A DNA stretch of 64,000 nucleotides. Source: the human T2T-CHM13v2.0 reference genome, Homo sapiens. A model generated the notes under the pieces. It worked only from the letters and a program-made list of their open reading frames with translations, was not told where the DNA came from and searched no databases. Shown piece by piece: positions 16,521 through 29,985 of the stretch. The stretch is taken from NCBI RefSeq assembly GCF_009914755.1, contig NC_060948.1. One strand, written 5' to 3'. Numbering within the stretch: position 1 is the first letter of the stretch; every line of letters starts with the position of its first letter. Made by a program: the position numbers and the translations under genes.

Positions 16521-17179
16521 CAGCGGCGCCTTCCCGTCTCTCGCTGTGGGGGTCCCACTGTGGAGCCTGCGGCTCTTCCTCCATCATCACGCTGGGTTCA
16601 CACAGCTCTGCTATTTGGGGTACGGAACTGACCCCGCGAATATTCTGCAGTGAGCTCTCGGGCTCCTGTGTTTGGCAATATAGCAATGACCTGGGTACAC
16701 AAACCAACCTTCCTGCTGAAAACTGCCAAGAACCCTGGACAGAATAGTTGACAAACGTCTTCTAGACGGCGCCCACAGGCTGGCAGGAAAGGAGGACACC
16801 TCAGGCCACAGCTGCCTGGAAGGAAGAACCCGGGGAAGCCCGTGGAGCCTGAACAGGCTCTGCCTTCAGAAGCGTGGGCCGAGCGGGCTCACCCGAAATC
16901 TCTCACAGCCTTGCAGAGCTCTGGGGAAGAGGAGGCAAAACGCAGGGTCCTCCGGGGAAGCTCCCAGAACGCGTCACCTTCAGTGGGAAGAATGAGCTCC
17001 AAGTAAATCCCCAGCGCGCCTCCGGCCCCAGGAATGAAAGTAGCAGCCTTCACCTGGAGCTGCTGGTACGAGCTGGGCAGGGGGGAGTTCTCCCCCGAGA
17101 ACTGACGGCTACAGCCGACTCTCCTGCAGGTTTGCAAACCAAACTCACGGTCACCAGGATGCTGCGAAAACCCTCAAAC

Positions 17180-19061
<1,882 letters not shown>

Positions 19062-19231
19062 TCAATTTAAAAAACATAAATCAGTGAAAACAACGTATGT
19101 TCAATTAAAAAAAAAAAGTCAATACAACAGCCTGTCAGTGACATGCTGACTGGATGAGTGTGAGACGGTTTGTGAGTTGGAGGAAAAGATACTGATTAAT
19201 ATTGGGCTTTGAAAAATTTAGTCGACGTTCC

Positions 19232-19364
19232 TTTTTTTTTTCTTTATAGAGACGGGGTCTCGCTATGTTGTGCTGGCTGGTCTTGAACTCCTGGCCTCCA
19301 GCGATTCTCCTGCCTCAGCCTCCCAAGGCGCTGGGATCACAGGTGTGAGGCCCCGTGCCCGGCC
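19232..19364 (-). mobile_element. FLAM / Alu left monomer
   Basis: About 130 bp antisense monomer with T tail. Confidence 0.8.
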
Positions 19365-19479
19365 AGCCATTGACATTTGTAGGATAAACAGTGAGCTAGT
19401 AGGAAGCGTGTACTCCAAACGAGAGAAAAGGCGACCAAGCTGAAAAAGAGCAGGAGACAGAGGTGCAGGATGAGACGGT

Positions 19480-20935
19480 CACAGTCCATCACACGGATGA
19501 GCAGGCAACATCGACCTCAATGCACCGAGTGCTCTAGTTACAAGACAAAGGTCTGACTGCAGAAAGAAAACAGCATTCACGTACATGGGAGACACAGAGG
19601 ACAGAAAGACAGGAGATATATGTGACTTAAGGACCCAGAGGCTACACATTTTTTTTTGAGATGGAAAAAGAGCAGGCAGACAGTAGAGAAAGCTGGTGTC
19701 GCTGTATTAACATCCATGAAGTGACACAAGGTGATGGACAGACCTGGAGACAGACAGGCCACCAAGGAACGCTGAAGAGGTCAGTCAGGGGAAGACAGGC
19801 TGATGCTAACTTTATCCATGCCTGACAACGCAGCCTCGGCACTGATCAAGTAAACACCACTGGACACAAACTGAGCCCGCTAGGCAAGGCGGAGCCCACC
19901 CACCCCGGGCACAGACACAGGGAAGGCCGGGACCACCCACCCTGGGCACAGACACGGGGAAGGCCGGGACCACCCACCTTGGGCACTGACGGGGGGAAGG
20001 CCGGGATCACCCACCCCGGGCACTGACGGGGGGAAGGCCGGGACCACCCACCCCGGGCACAGACACGGGGAAGGCCGGGACCACCCACCTTGGGCACCGA
20101 CGGGGGGAAGGCCGGGACCACCCACCTTGGGCACCGACACGGGGAAGGCCGGGACCACCCACCCCGGGCACCGACGGGGGGAAGGCCGGGACCACCCACC
20201 TTGGGCACCGACACGGGGAAGGCCGGGACCACCCACCCCGGGCACTGACGGGGGGGAAGGCCGGGACCACCCACCCCGGGCACCGACGGGGGGAAGGCCG
20301 GGACCACCCACCTTGGGCACCGACGGGGGGAAGGACGGGACCACCCACCCCGGGCACCGACGGGGGGAAGGCCGGGACCACCCACCCCGGGCACCGACCG
20401 GGGGAAGGCCGGGACCACCCACCCTGGGCACCGACGGGGGGAAGGCCGGGACCACCCACCCTGGGCACCGACCGGGGGAAGGCCGGGACCACCCACCCTG
20501 GGCACCGACGGGGGGAAGGCCGGGACCACCCACCTTGGGCACCGACGGGGGGAAGGCCGGGACCACCCACCTTGGGCACCGACGGGGGGAAGGCCGGGAC
20601 CACCCACCTTGGGCACCGACACGGGGAAGGCCGGGACCACCCACCCCGGGCACTGACGGGGGGAAGGCCGGGACCACCCACCTTGGGCACCGACCGGGGG
20701 AAGGCCAGGACCACCCACCCTGGGCACCGACGGGGGGAAAGCCGGGACCACCCACCATGGGCACTAATAGACGAGAGATGGAACAAACAACACAACCACC
20801 CCATGCGGGCACAGAAGATTTACAAGCTTAATCTCATGGACAGAAATAGACTCGGCCCCAGCACAGCTGCAGAGCACACATTCTTTTCAACACACACAGC
20901 TCACTTGGGAACTGGCCACCTCTCGGGCTGAGCTG
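19480..20935 (+). mobile_element. Degraded L1M ORF2 endonuclease-region fragment hosting a VNTR
   Basis: gaaagctggtgtcgctgtattaacatc and gcagagcacacattcttttcaa match the L1 EN region and lie on either side of the array. Confidence 0.6.
19893..20765. repeat. 37 bp VNTR (~23 copies) ggggaaggccgggaccacccaccYYgggcaccgacgg
   Basis: aaggccgg at 19923, 19960 and onward with a 37 bp period. Confidence 0.97.
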
Positions 20936-22384
20936 CAGGTCTCAGGGGGTTCTGAAGGAATCACAGGGACTGCTGCCCTGCCCCAAACGTAGCCGGTGAG
21001 GCCAGGCATCTACGGTAAACACAGAAGGAGCAAAAACAGCTGCATGTATGTGGAAGAAGAATTCTAAAGCCAGCCGCCTGTTCATTAAAAAGTTCAGACA
21101 AACCAGAGGGGCCTGTGGCGGCCAGGTCATCCACTTTAAATCCTCCTCAGTACGTGTACTTTAAAAAGAACTTCGTAAAGAGCCCGTCACCCAAAGCGCA
21201 CTGATAAAGGCGACACCCTGACTCCCAACAAGCTATTTCTGTTGAGGGCACTGAGAAGGCAGCTCCCTGACTCATCACAATTCCAGAAGTCACAGATACA
21301 TGTGTCGCCCTTCCAGAGTACACCCACAGTTTTGCAAAACACGTCCATATACGACCAAAAACAAAGGCTGAGCCTAACACTGAGGCTGCCTGTTTTTGCG
21401 TAGAAGTGCGTGCGCTTGATGGGTGCAGGTGAGTGTACCCCGAGAACACAGGCCACGTGCACCGTGACACATCCTCTCGCGACACCAGCCTCGGGCAGAC
21501 CCCCGCATGTGCAGAGGGTGCGCACAGCAGGCAGGGCGCGGTGACCAGCAGAAATGACCCTCGCCCCCACGGCAGCAGGACCGGACACCACGATCAAAGC
21601 CACAGAGGAGGTGCCGGAGCAGCAGGGGGCCGGCGGAAGGGACGCTCAGTACGGGCTGCAACGCACAGCCGTGCCCCCAGGAGCCCCCGCTCTGCAGCGG
21701 CCCCCACTCTGCAGCGGGAGGCGGAAGCACGGGAGGCTGTGGTATGGAATCAGGGACGGGGGGTTTGGCCGGGACGCACACTCATGGATTCCAGCTGAGC
21801 CCCTCGCCCACCCAGATGACGGCCACCCCCTGGAAGGCAGGGCCTGCTGCAAGCTCTGAGCATTCTTCTCGGCCCAGCACTTGACTCCCAGGGACCCTCT
21901 GAGAGGGCTGGTAGAGGGCTGCCAGCTACACCTGCAAACCGCACGCTGGACGGCTAAACACAGGAGTCAAAAAGGTCGGTGTTTACACAGAGGAGCCGAA
22001 CACGGAGATGAGAGGCCCCACGTGTGGGTTTAAAAATCCCCTCTCTAGCAAAGAGGGAGAACTGGTGTGGAGGGGTCAACACAGAAACGCAGCAGGTGCA
22101 GGTGTCTGAGTAGGCCAGAGCTCACGTGGGCTAACAGTCACTCAGACACATGACTGCAGCCGAGCAACCGGGCCTCAACGGACGCTGAGAGACGTCGGCT
22201 GGGGCCTGCACCCACACCTGCAGCCCAGGCACTGGCGCCTGCAGCCACGGCTGCAGCGAGGCGTGAGTCTCCACAGAGCTCGGAAGGCTGGGCTGGGGGA
22301 CGTGGGGATCATTCTGTCCACCAGCCAAGGGGTGACGGTGGATGCCGCGCAACACAGCGAGGGGAGGATCCGGCACCCTCCCTG

Positions 22385-23413
22385 CGTCCACAAGCCCCTG
22401 GCGGATGCTCCTGAGCTTGGTCTTCTGTGTGGACGTTCCCACCCGGGCTTCTGTTTCCCGTTAACCCCCCTTGCTGCAGCTCCCTGCCAGGTGGGGAACC
22501 CAAGCCCTGCCTTCTCCCTGCCACTGCCCAGGGAGTGGCATCCTGGGCAGCGTCCTGGCCAAACCAAAGGCTGCAAGGGTTTTGGTGACCACTGGCCTTG
22601 GGAGGGGAACGGCACGTGCCCTGGCGGTGAGAGCAGGAGGTGCGTCAGGGACGCCCAGAGCCCAGGCTGTCACCACGCTGAAGTCAGTTCCAAGTACAGC
22701 GGGGCTGCCGCGTAGGGGACGGCGCTTTCAGCCATGCGTGGTGCTGTGTAGGGTCTGTGCGTCCACCCGAAGGACCCCGTGGGGACGCCGGACAGTGTCT
22801 GTGTGACCAGGACAGGTGAAGAGGGGCGTCTGTGTGCTGAGTCAGTGTGTGGGGAGCGGGAGAGTCACTCCCCAGGCGGGGAGGGCCAGGCTAGGCAGCA
22901 CAGCTGTCCTGGGCTGGGAACAAGGTCTGAGCTGTCCTGCTGTTGCCCGGGGACAGAAGGCCCGAGAATCCCTGGGCAGGAGGCGCAGGCAGTGGCTCCG
23001 GCAAGAAGAGCTCAGCCAAGCAGCTGCACGGCCCCACTCCAGGTACATGCTGGGTCCTACAGTGAGAGCATGAGCCGTGTAACACGCCATCGTCACACGG
23101 GAGCCTCCCCGGACCCACGGTGAGAGTACGTGTAACACGCCATCGTCACACGGGAGCCTCCCCGGACCCACGGCGTGAACGCATGCTGTTCCGTTCCCAA
23201 GGCCGGCGGTCGCTGAACGCCCCCACCCCCCGAGTTTGGTTTGTCAAGGATGCCGGTGACAGGGAAGTGGGCAGTGGCAGGGAGGAGGAGGAGCTTGGGT
23301 TCACCATCGGGGCAGGCAGCACCCGCCAGGGGGTTAGTGGGAACAGAAGCCCAGGTGGGACGTCGCACAGTCAGAAGATCAAGCTCAGGAGCACCCGCCA
23401 GGGGCTCGTGGGT
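22385..23413. repeat. Diverged inverted repeat, arms ~22385-22620 and ~23178-23413
   Basis: The reverse complement of the left arm (tgggcagtggcagggagaaggcagggcttgggtt...aacagaagcccgggtggga...cagaagaccaagctcaggagcatccgccaggggcttgtgg) aligns by eye with the right arm. Confidence 0.85.
23076..23173. repeat. 53 bp tandem duplication
   Basis: cgtgtaacacgccatcgtcacacgggagcctccccggacccacgg at 23076 and 23129. Confidence 0.9.
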
Positions 23414-24513
23414 GCGGCCAACGTTGGCCGTGGAAGGCTGTGCCCGTCAGAGGACCCCTGAAAACAGTACCGTGCTGCCCGGCCGGGAGCGTCCGAAGGC
23501 GGAGGTGCGGCACCCCAACACGTCCAGTGGCTCCAACACGGGTGCTCCCTGACAACCCTGAGGGTGTGTCCAAGTGGGGTGGACCCAACAGACAGAGCCC
23601 ACACTCATGCGCGGAGTGAAAGCAGCCAGGAAACGTCCCCTTCTCCCCCAACACCACCCCCACAAATACCCCCAAATATGCCTGTAATTCCTCCACCACC
23701 CCTCAGACAACATGCATTTCACACGTCTGTCCTCACTCCCTAAAAACGTGGAAACCTATTTTCTGTAAAATGAAGCAAACTTCTGTAAACGGAATTCATG
23801 ATTTCCCAGAAACTGACTTTTTAAAAATAAACAGTCCTCACAGGTGCATCGTCACCACAGCCCCCCACAGAAGAGCCAGGGCCCCACTGCAGGGCTGAAG
23901 GGCTTCCTCATCCAGCCACGTGCGAGCTAATCACCTCATTGACTCTGCGACCAGCGAGCCCGCACCGCCCAGCACCTCCCACCATCTAGAGCAAATCCCG
24001 CACGAGGCTGATCTCGCTCTTCGCAGGTTAAGAGGATTTTAAAGACACCAGCCTCGCCCTTACCCACTTACAGGCAAAATGTCAAAACCTGGAAGACAGA
24101 GGTCAAAAACTCCGAAGGAGTGCAAAAGTTGATGTGAGATCTTACAGAAAAAATTTCAATTAAAATATCAACAGAAAGAAGTGGGTCTTCCTCCCCCTTC
24201 AAGCAGGATGCCTTGGTTCACCTTGATGTTAGGCCACTAGTTCCAGACTCCTGGAACTGAGTTTGAAAAGCGCGTCTGATGTGCCACGTGGGTGTGAGGC
24301 GCCCGCCACGCACACCCTGTCTGGATGAAATTCGGATCAGATTCGGCCGCAGCCAAACCCTAAATTCTCAAATTATACTGGGATTGTCACAGGAAGACTC
24401 TTACACGTTTAAATCACATGGTACTCGTAAAACTAACTCATACAATATACACGGGGTACAGACACAAATTTTACTTCCCTGAGCACTTATGAGAACTGAG
24501 ATTAAATTTCAAA

Positions 24514-24790
<277 letters not shown>

Positions 24791-25370
24791 TTCAAAGCCA
24801 CTGAGTTACTGAATAAAACCACGCTGCATAAATAGTCCGGTATGTGAGTGATATCTCAACCGACTCTTAAGTTAGCCAGTGGGAAGGAATGCTGGGTATT
24901 GCAATAACGCCGGGAAAGTTTCACCCACCCGACGCCTTTACGAAGGGTGAAGGAGTTTCCCGATGTTTATTACCAGCAATGCAAGGTATATTTAAATTAA
25001 AAATCTGTCTGCAGCGAACACTCCCAGGCGCTGACGGCTCTCACCCGCCTTGGTTGATCACAGCAAGGCGCGCACTCACAGCCAAAACTCCCGGGAAAGG
25101 AGCGAGTGCTCTTTTCAAAGCCCGGTTTTCCTAACAAGCTTGGCACCGCTTCCCACAGAGCAGCACCCGGTTTTCGGCGGCGTGCGGCCCGAGCGGGTCC
25201 CCTGCGCCCACAACTGGCCCTGTAAATCTGGCGTTTGGGCCCCGCCACGCAACAACGGGTGCACGGCCAGCAGCGGCGAGCGGGGGCCCACGCGGGGCCG
25301 GGAGGGCAGGGCTCGCCGGGCCGGGAGGCCTCGCCCGGTGTCGGGCAGCCGCGGGGCGCGCGGGGCTGAC

Positions 25371-25496
25371 CTGCTGGAAGGCCTTCAGCCGCTTCTTGAA
25401 CCGAGAGGGCAGCACGAAGTCGCAGCCGCGGGCCAGTGAGGCCAGCTCCTGGCGCAGGTCGGGGTCCTGGCGCAGCGAGCGCTCGCGGAGTCGCAT
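25371..25496 (-). CDS. PPP2R3B: Putative alternative first coding exon of PPP2R3B encoding a PR72-like N-terminus MRLRERSLRQDPDLRQELASLARGCDFVLPSRFKKRLKAFQQ
   Basis: ATG at 25496 (ggcggcATGc); 126 nt = 42 codons; donor CAG|gtcagc in phase 0, compatible with exon 2; inside an intronic CpG island; near-identical to the PPP2R3A PR72 N-terminus as recalled from memory. A further in-frame ATG lies at 25610. Confidence 0.85.
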
Positions 25497-25900
25497 GCCG
25501 CCGGCGCGCAGGGCTCTCCGCGGGCCGGGCCGGGCGCCGCGCTCTCGGGGCAGGGCCGGGCCGGGGCCGGCGGGGCGCTGCAGGCGTGGCCCGGGCTCAG
25601 CGCGCTCCATGCGTCGCCCGCCAGGCGCTCTGGGGCCGGGGCCCGCGCCGCGCGCATTCCTCAGGCTGAGGAGGGCGCATGGCGCCGGGGGTGGGGGCGG
25701 CCGCCTCTCCCGACCCGCGACTGTGCAGACCCGGCTGCTCCCGGCGCTGCTCTCCTCTCCTCCTTCTCCGCTCCCTGCACTGCCCTCCGCTCCCTCCGGT
25801 CCTCTTCTCTCCTCTCCCCGTTCGCTCCGGGCTGGGCCGTCCGGCCGGGCAAGGGGGCGCTTTCTGCACCGCGGCAGCCGTCACGTGGCTCGCCCTGGAG

Positions 25901-26015
25901 CGCGCATCAACAGGTCCCCGAGAGGAGAGCCTGGGCGGAACGCGCATCAACAGGTCCCCGAGAGGAGAGCCTGGGCGGAACGCGCATCAACAGGTCCCCG
26001 AGAAGAGAGCCTGGG
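25901..26015. repeat. 40 bp tandem repeat x3 upstream of the alternative exon
   Basis: cgcgcatcaacaggtccccgaga at 25901, 25941 and 25981. Confidence 0.93.
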
Positions 26016-26599
26016 GACGGCCTCGGGGACCCAGGCGAAGGCGCTCCCCGCGAGAAGTGAGGTCCCCCCCCTCCACGACAACACCAGAGCTGGCTGCAGG
26101 CTCGGTGCCGGCTCCGGCTTGCCCCTCCAGAGCACAGGGCACGCCAGGTGCAGCTGCGCCTCCACAAACACGCACGGCAGCCCAGACATCCCGGCAGCCC
26201 GGCATCAAAGCGCGCCGGCATCTCCGCCCCTCCCCAAACTTCAGGAGTTTCTAGAATACAGCTAAGCTGCAGTGGGCATCCAGGATCTCGTCTTCTCTGC
26301 CACTGCTCACTGTGATAACTGCGCTTGTTTGCAATCGTATTTAGAACAAGAAAAGAGGGGCGGTGGAAAAGGGGGACGGGCAACTTTAAATGAGGGTGAG
26401 CTGACATTCCGGGGGCCTGCACCTCGATCCCACCGGGAAGGAGACAGGATACCTTCGGGCTGAGGGTCAGAAACTGGCCACATCCCTGCCAGGCTGAACG
26501 CTGTCAGCAGAAAGCCTCCCGGGTCCCCGATCAGGAAGGTCCTGCGTGACCGCCTGCATCTGTTACAGTCAATAAACCTCCTTGGACGGGTCACTATCA

Positions 26600-26860
26600 C
26601 CCCGAGTCAACAGCGTGCACTGGGCTCTCCCGCTGCCGCACGCTCTGTTGAGTCTGGAAAAACGCAGGATGACACGGATCTACCACTGTGGGGTCACGCA
26701 GAGGAGTTTCCCTGCCCTGAAAAACGTCTGTGTGGCACTGACGCACCCAACCCCCGCAAGCCCCGATCTGTTTCCTGTCTCCATCGTTTTCCTTTTTCCG
26801 AGTGTCCTAGACTTGGAACCAGAAGTCTGCAGCCATCTCAGACTGGCCTTTTCTTCTCCT
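26600..26860 (-). mobile_element. Old L1M 3'-end fragment
   Basis: gatctgtttcctgtctccatcgttttcctttttccgagtgtc...tcagactggcctttt resembles the antisense L1MC-type 3' end. Confidence 0.55.
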
Positions 26861-27135
26861 GCAACCTTCCACACCACCTCTGACGCCCACCACAGCCCCC
26901 CACCCGCAAGGCCCCTTCCAACTCTTCTTAGGGGTACGCCCCTCTCCACTTCCTTCTCTTCCACCTCCTTCCCTTCTCCAGCCATCCTCGGATCCCTCCA
27001 TCCTTCTCACTTCCTTACTGTCCTTGAGGATTCAGAAGTCGGCCTCTGACCCCCGGTAAGTCTCCAAAGGGAAGCTTTAAGACAGCACCAGAGGGAATGT
27101 GCTCAAACCACCAGGAGACGATTTAAACAAGTGCA

Positions 27136-27474
27136 CCCAGTAACCCACGATGCGGGGCGCAAACTCACAGGGCAGAGGTGCCGCCCAGTCACCCACGATG
27201 CGGGGCGCAAACTCACAGGGCAGAGGTGCTGCCCAGTCACCCACGATGCAGGATGCAAACTCACAGGGCAGAGGTGCCGCCCAGTCACCCACGATGCAGG
27301 ATGCAAACTCACAGGGCAGAGGTGCGGCCCAGTAACCCATGATGTGGGGCACAAACTCACAGGGCAGAGGTGCCGTCCCGTCACCCACGATGCGGGGCGC
27401 AAACTCACAGGACAGAGGTGCCGCCCAGTCACCCACGATGTGGGGCGCAAACTCACAGGGCAGAGGTGCCGCCC
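27136..27474. repeat. 48 bp minisatellite x7
   Basis: aaactcacag at 27161, 27209, 27257, 27305, 27353, 27401 and 27449. Confidence 0.95.
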
Positions 27475-27750
27475 CTTCAGTTCATATCAGCACTACACAC
27501 GGACGGCCTCCCAAACGCAGCTAGGGGAACCAGATTGGGAGCCAACCTCCTGTGATCTCCCTCCGAAAGTCAAAGATCAAACCCAAAATGCGGGGGAAGC
27601 GAGCCAACGGGCGCGATCCTCACACTCAGGCAACATGCCCTGTCCTGCCACGCCAGGTGACACACGCCCTGTCCTGCCACGGCGGGTGACACACACCCCT
27701 GTGGACTTTACTGCCAGGTTTCCTCTTTCCGTACAAGACTTTTGGAACAC

Positions 27751-28071
<321 letters not shown>

Positions 28072-28269
28072 TCAAAATCCTGAAGTGCACACATAGGCAG
28101 AGATTTAGACTCTGACCTGGAGCCCTCGAACCACCTCTGGATGCAGTCCCACTGCCCCCCTGGAGCCCTTGCGTCCTGTCCCGATGCAGAACCCGCACCA
28201 CCCGCCCCCAGTGCAGCCACAGGGCTGTCTACACCGGATGGGGGAGGGACAGGGCTGTCCACACTCGAC

Positions 28270-29985
28270 AGAGCCCCCATGGGGCCATCCACTACCGTGT
28301 ACAGGGACGGGCCGTCCACAGTGGGGCCGCCATGGGGCTGTCTATACACTACTGTATGCAGGGACGGGCCGTCCACACCCAGTGGGGCCGCCATGGGGCT
28401 GTCTATACACTACTGTGTACAGGGACGGGCCGTCCACAGTGGGGCCGCCATGGGGCTGTCTATACACTACTGTATACAGGGACGGGCCGTCCACAGTGGG
28501 GCCGCCATGGGGCTGTCTATACACTACTGTATGCAGGGACGGGCCGTCCACACCCAGTGGGGCCGCCATGGGGCTGTCTATACACTACTGTATGCAGGGA
28601 CGGGCCGTCCACACCCAGTGGGGCCGCCATGGGGCTGTCTATACACTACTGTATGCAGGGACGGGCCATCCACACCCAGTGGGGCCACCATGGGGCTGTC
28701 TATACACTACTGTGTACAGGGACGGGCCGTCCACACCCAGTGGGGCCACCATGGGGCTGTCTATACACTACTGTGTACAGGGACGGGCCGTCCACAGTGG
28801 GGCCGCCATGGGGCTGTCTATACACTACTGTATACAGGGACGGGCCGTCCACAGTGGGGCCGCCATGGGGCTGTCTATACACTACTGTATGCAGGGACGG
28901 GCCGTCCACACCCAGTGGGGCCGCCATGGGGCTGTCTATACACTACTGTATGCAGGGACGGGCCGTCCACACCCAGTGGGGCCGCCATGGGGCTGTCTAT
29001 ACACTACTGTATGCAGGGACGGGCCGTCCACACCCAGTGGGGCCGCCATGGGGCTGTCTATACACTACTGTGTACAGGGACGGGCCGTCCACACCCAGTG
29101 GGGCCACCATGGGGCTGTCTATACACTACTGTATGCAGGGACGGGCCGTCCACAGTGGGGCCGCCATGGGGCTGTCTATACACTACTGTGTACAGGGACG
29201 GGCCGTCCACACCCAGTGGGGCCGCCATGGGGCTGTCTATACACTACTGTATGCAGGGACGGGCCGTCCACAGTGGGGCCGCCATGGGGCTGTCTATACA
29301 CTACTGTGTACAGGGACGGGCCGTCCACACCCAGTGGGGCCGCCATGGGGCTGTCTATACACTACTGTGTACAGGGACGGGCCGTCCACAGTGGGGCCGC
29401 CATGGGGCTGTCTATACACTACTGTGTACAGGGACGGGCCGTCCACACCCAGTGGGGCCACCATGGGGCTGTCTATACACTACTGTGTACAGGGACGGGC
29501 CGTCTACAGTGGGGCCGCCATGGGGCTGTCTATACACTACTGTATGCAGGGACGGGCCGTCCACACCCAGTGGGGCCGCCATGGGGCTGTCTATACACTA
29601 CTGTGTACAGGGACGGGCCGTCCACACCCAGTGGGGCCACCATGGGGCTGTCTATACACTACTGTGTACAGGGACGGGCCGTCCACACCCAGTGGGGCCA
29701 CCATGGGGCTGTCTATACACTACTGTATGCAGGGACGGGCCGTCCACACCCAGTGGGGCCGCCATGGGGCTGTCTATACACTACTGTGTACAGGGACGGG
29801 CCATCCACACCCAGTGGGGCCACCATGGGGCTGTCTATACACTACTGTATGCAGGGACGGGCCGTCTACAGTGGGGCCGCCATGGGGCTGTCTATACACT
29901 ACTGTGTACAGGGACGGGCCGTCCACACTTGACAGGACCACCACAGGGCTGTCTATACACTACTGTGTACAGGGACGGGGCCGTC
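28270..29985. repeat. 57/61 bp VNTR (~29 copies) gggacgggccgtccac(accc)agtggggccRccatggggctgtctatacactactgtRtRca
   Basis: Two interleaved unit lengths that differ by accc. Confidence 0.97.

Larger units (their letters stand above)
25020..26240. promoter_or_regulatory. Intronic CpG island, putative alternative promoter
   Basis: Dense CpG, non-repetitive GC-rich sequence around the 25371-25496 exon; GTCACGTG E-box at ~25879; pyrimidine tract 25745-25820. Confidence 0.8.

Noticed and set aside
12077-16707. ORFs of 1310-1534 aa (minus strand) and many overlapping plus-strand ORFs
   Set aside because: They are translations of a 29 bp VNTR. The same peptide cycles through all frames and there is no exon context.
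25131-25370. Continuation of the 159 aa ORF beyond FQQ
   Set aside because: Similarity to PR72 ends at the gtcagc donor; the remainder is low-complexity GC-rich intron.
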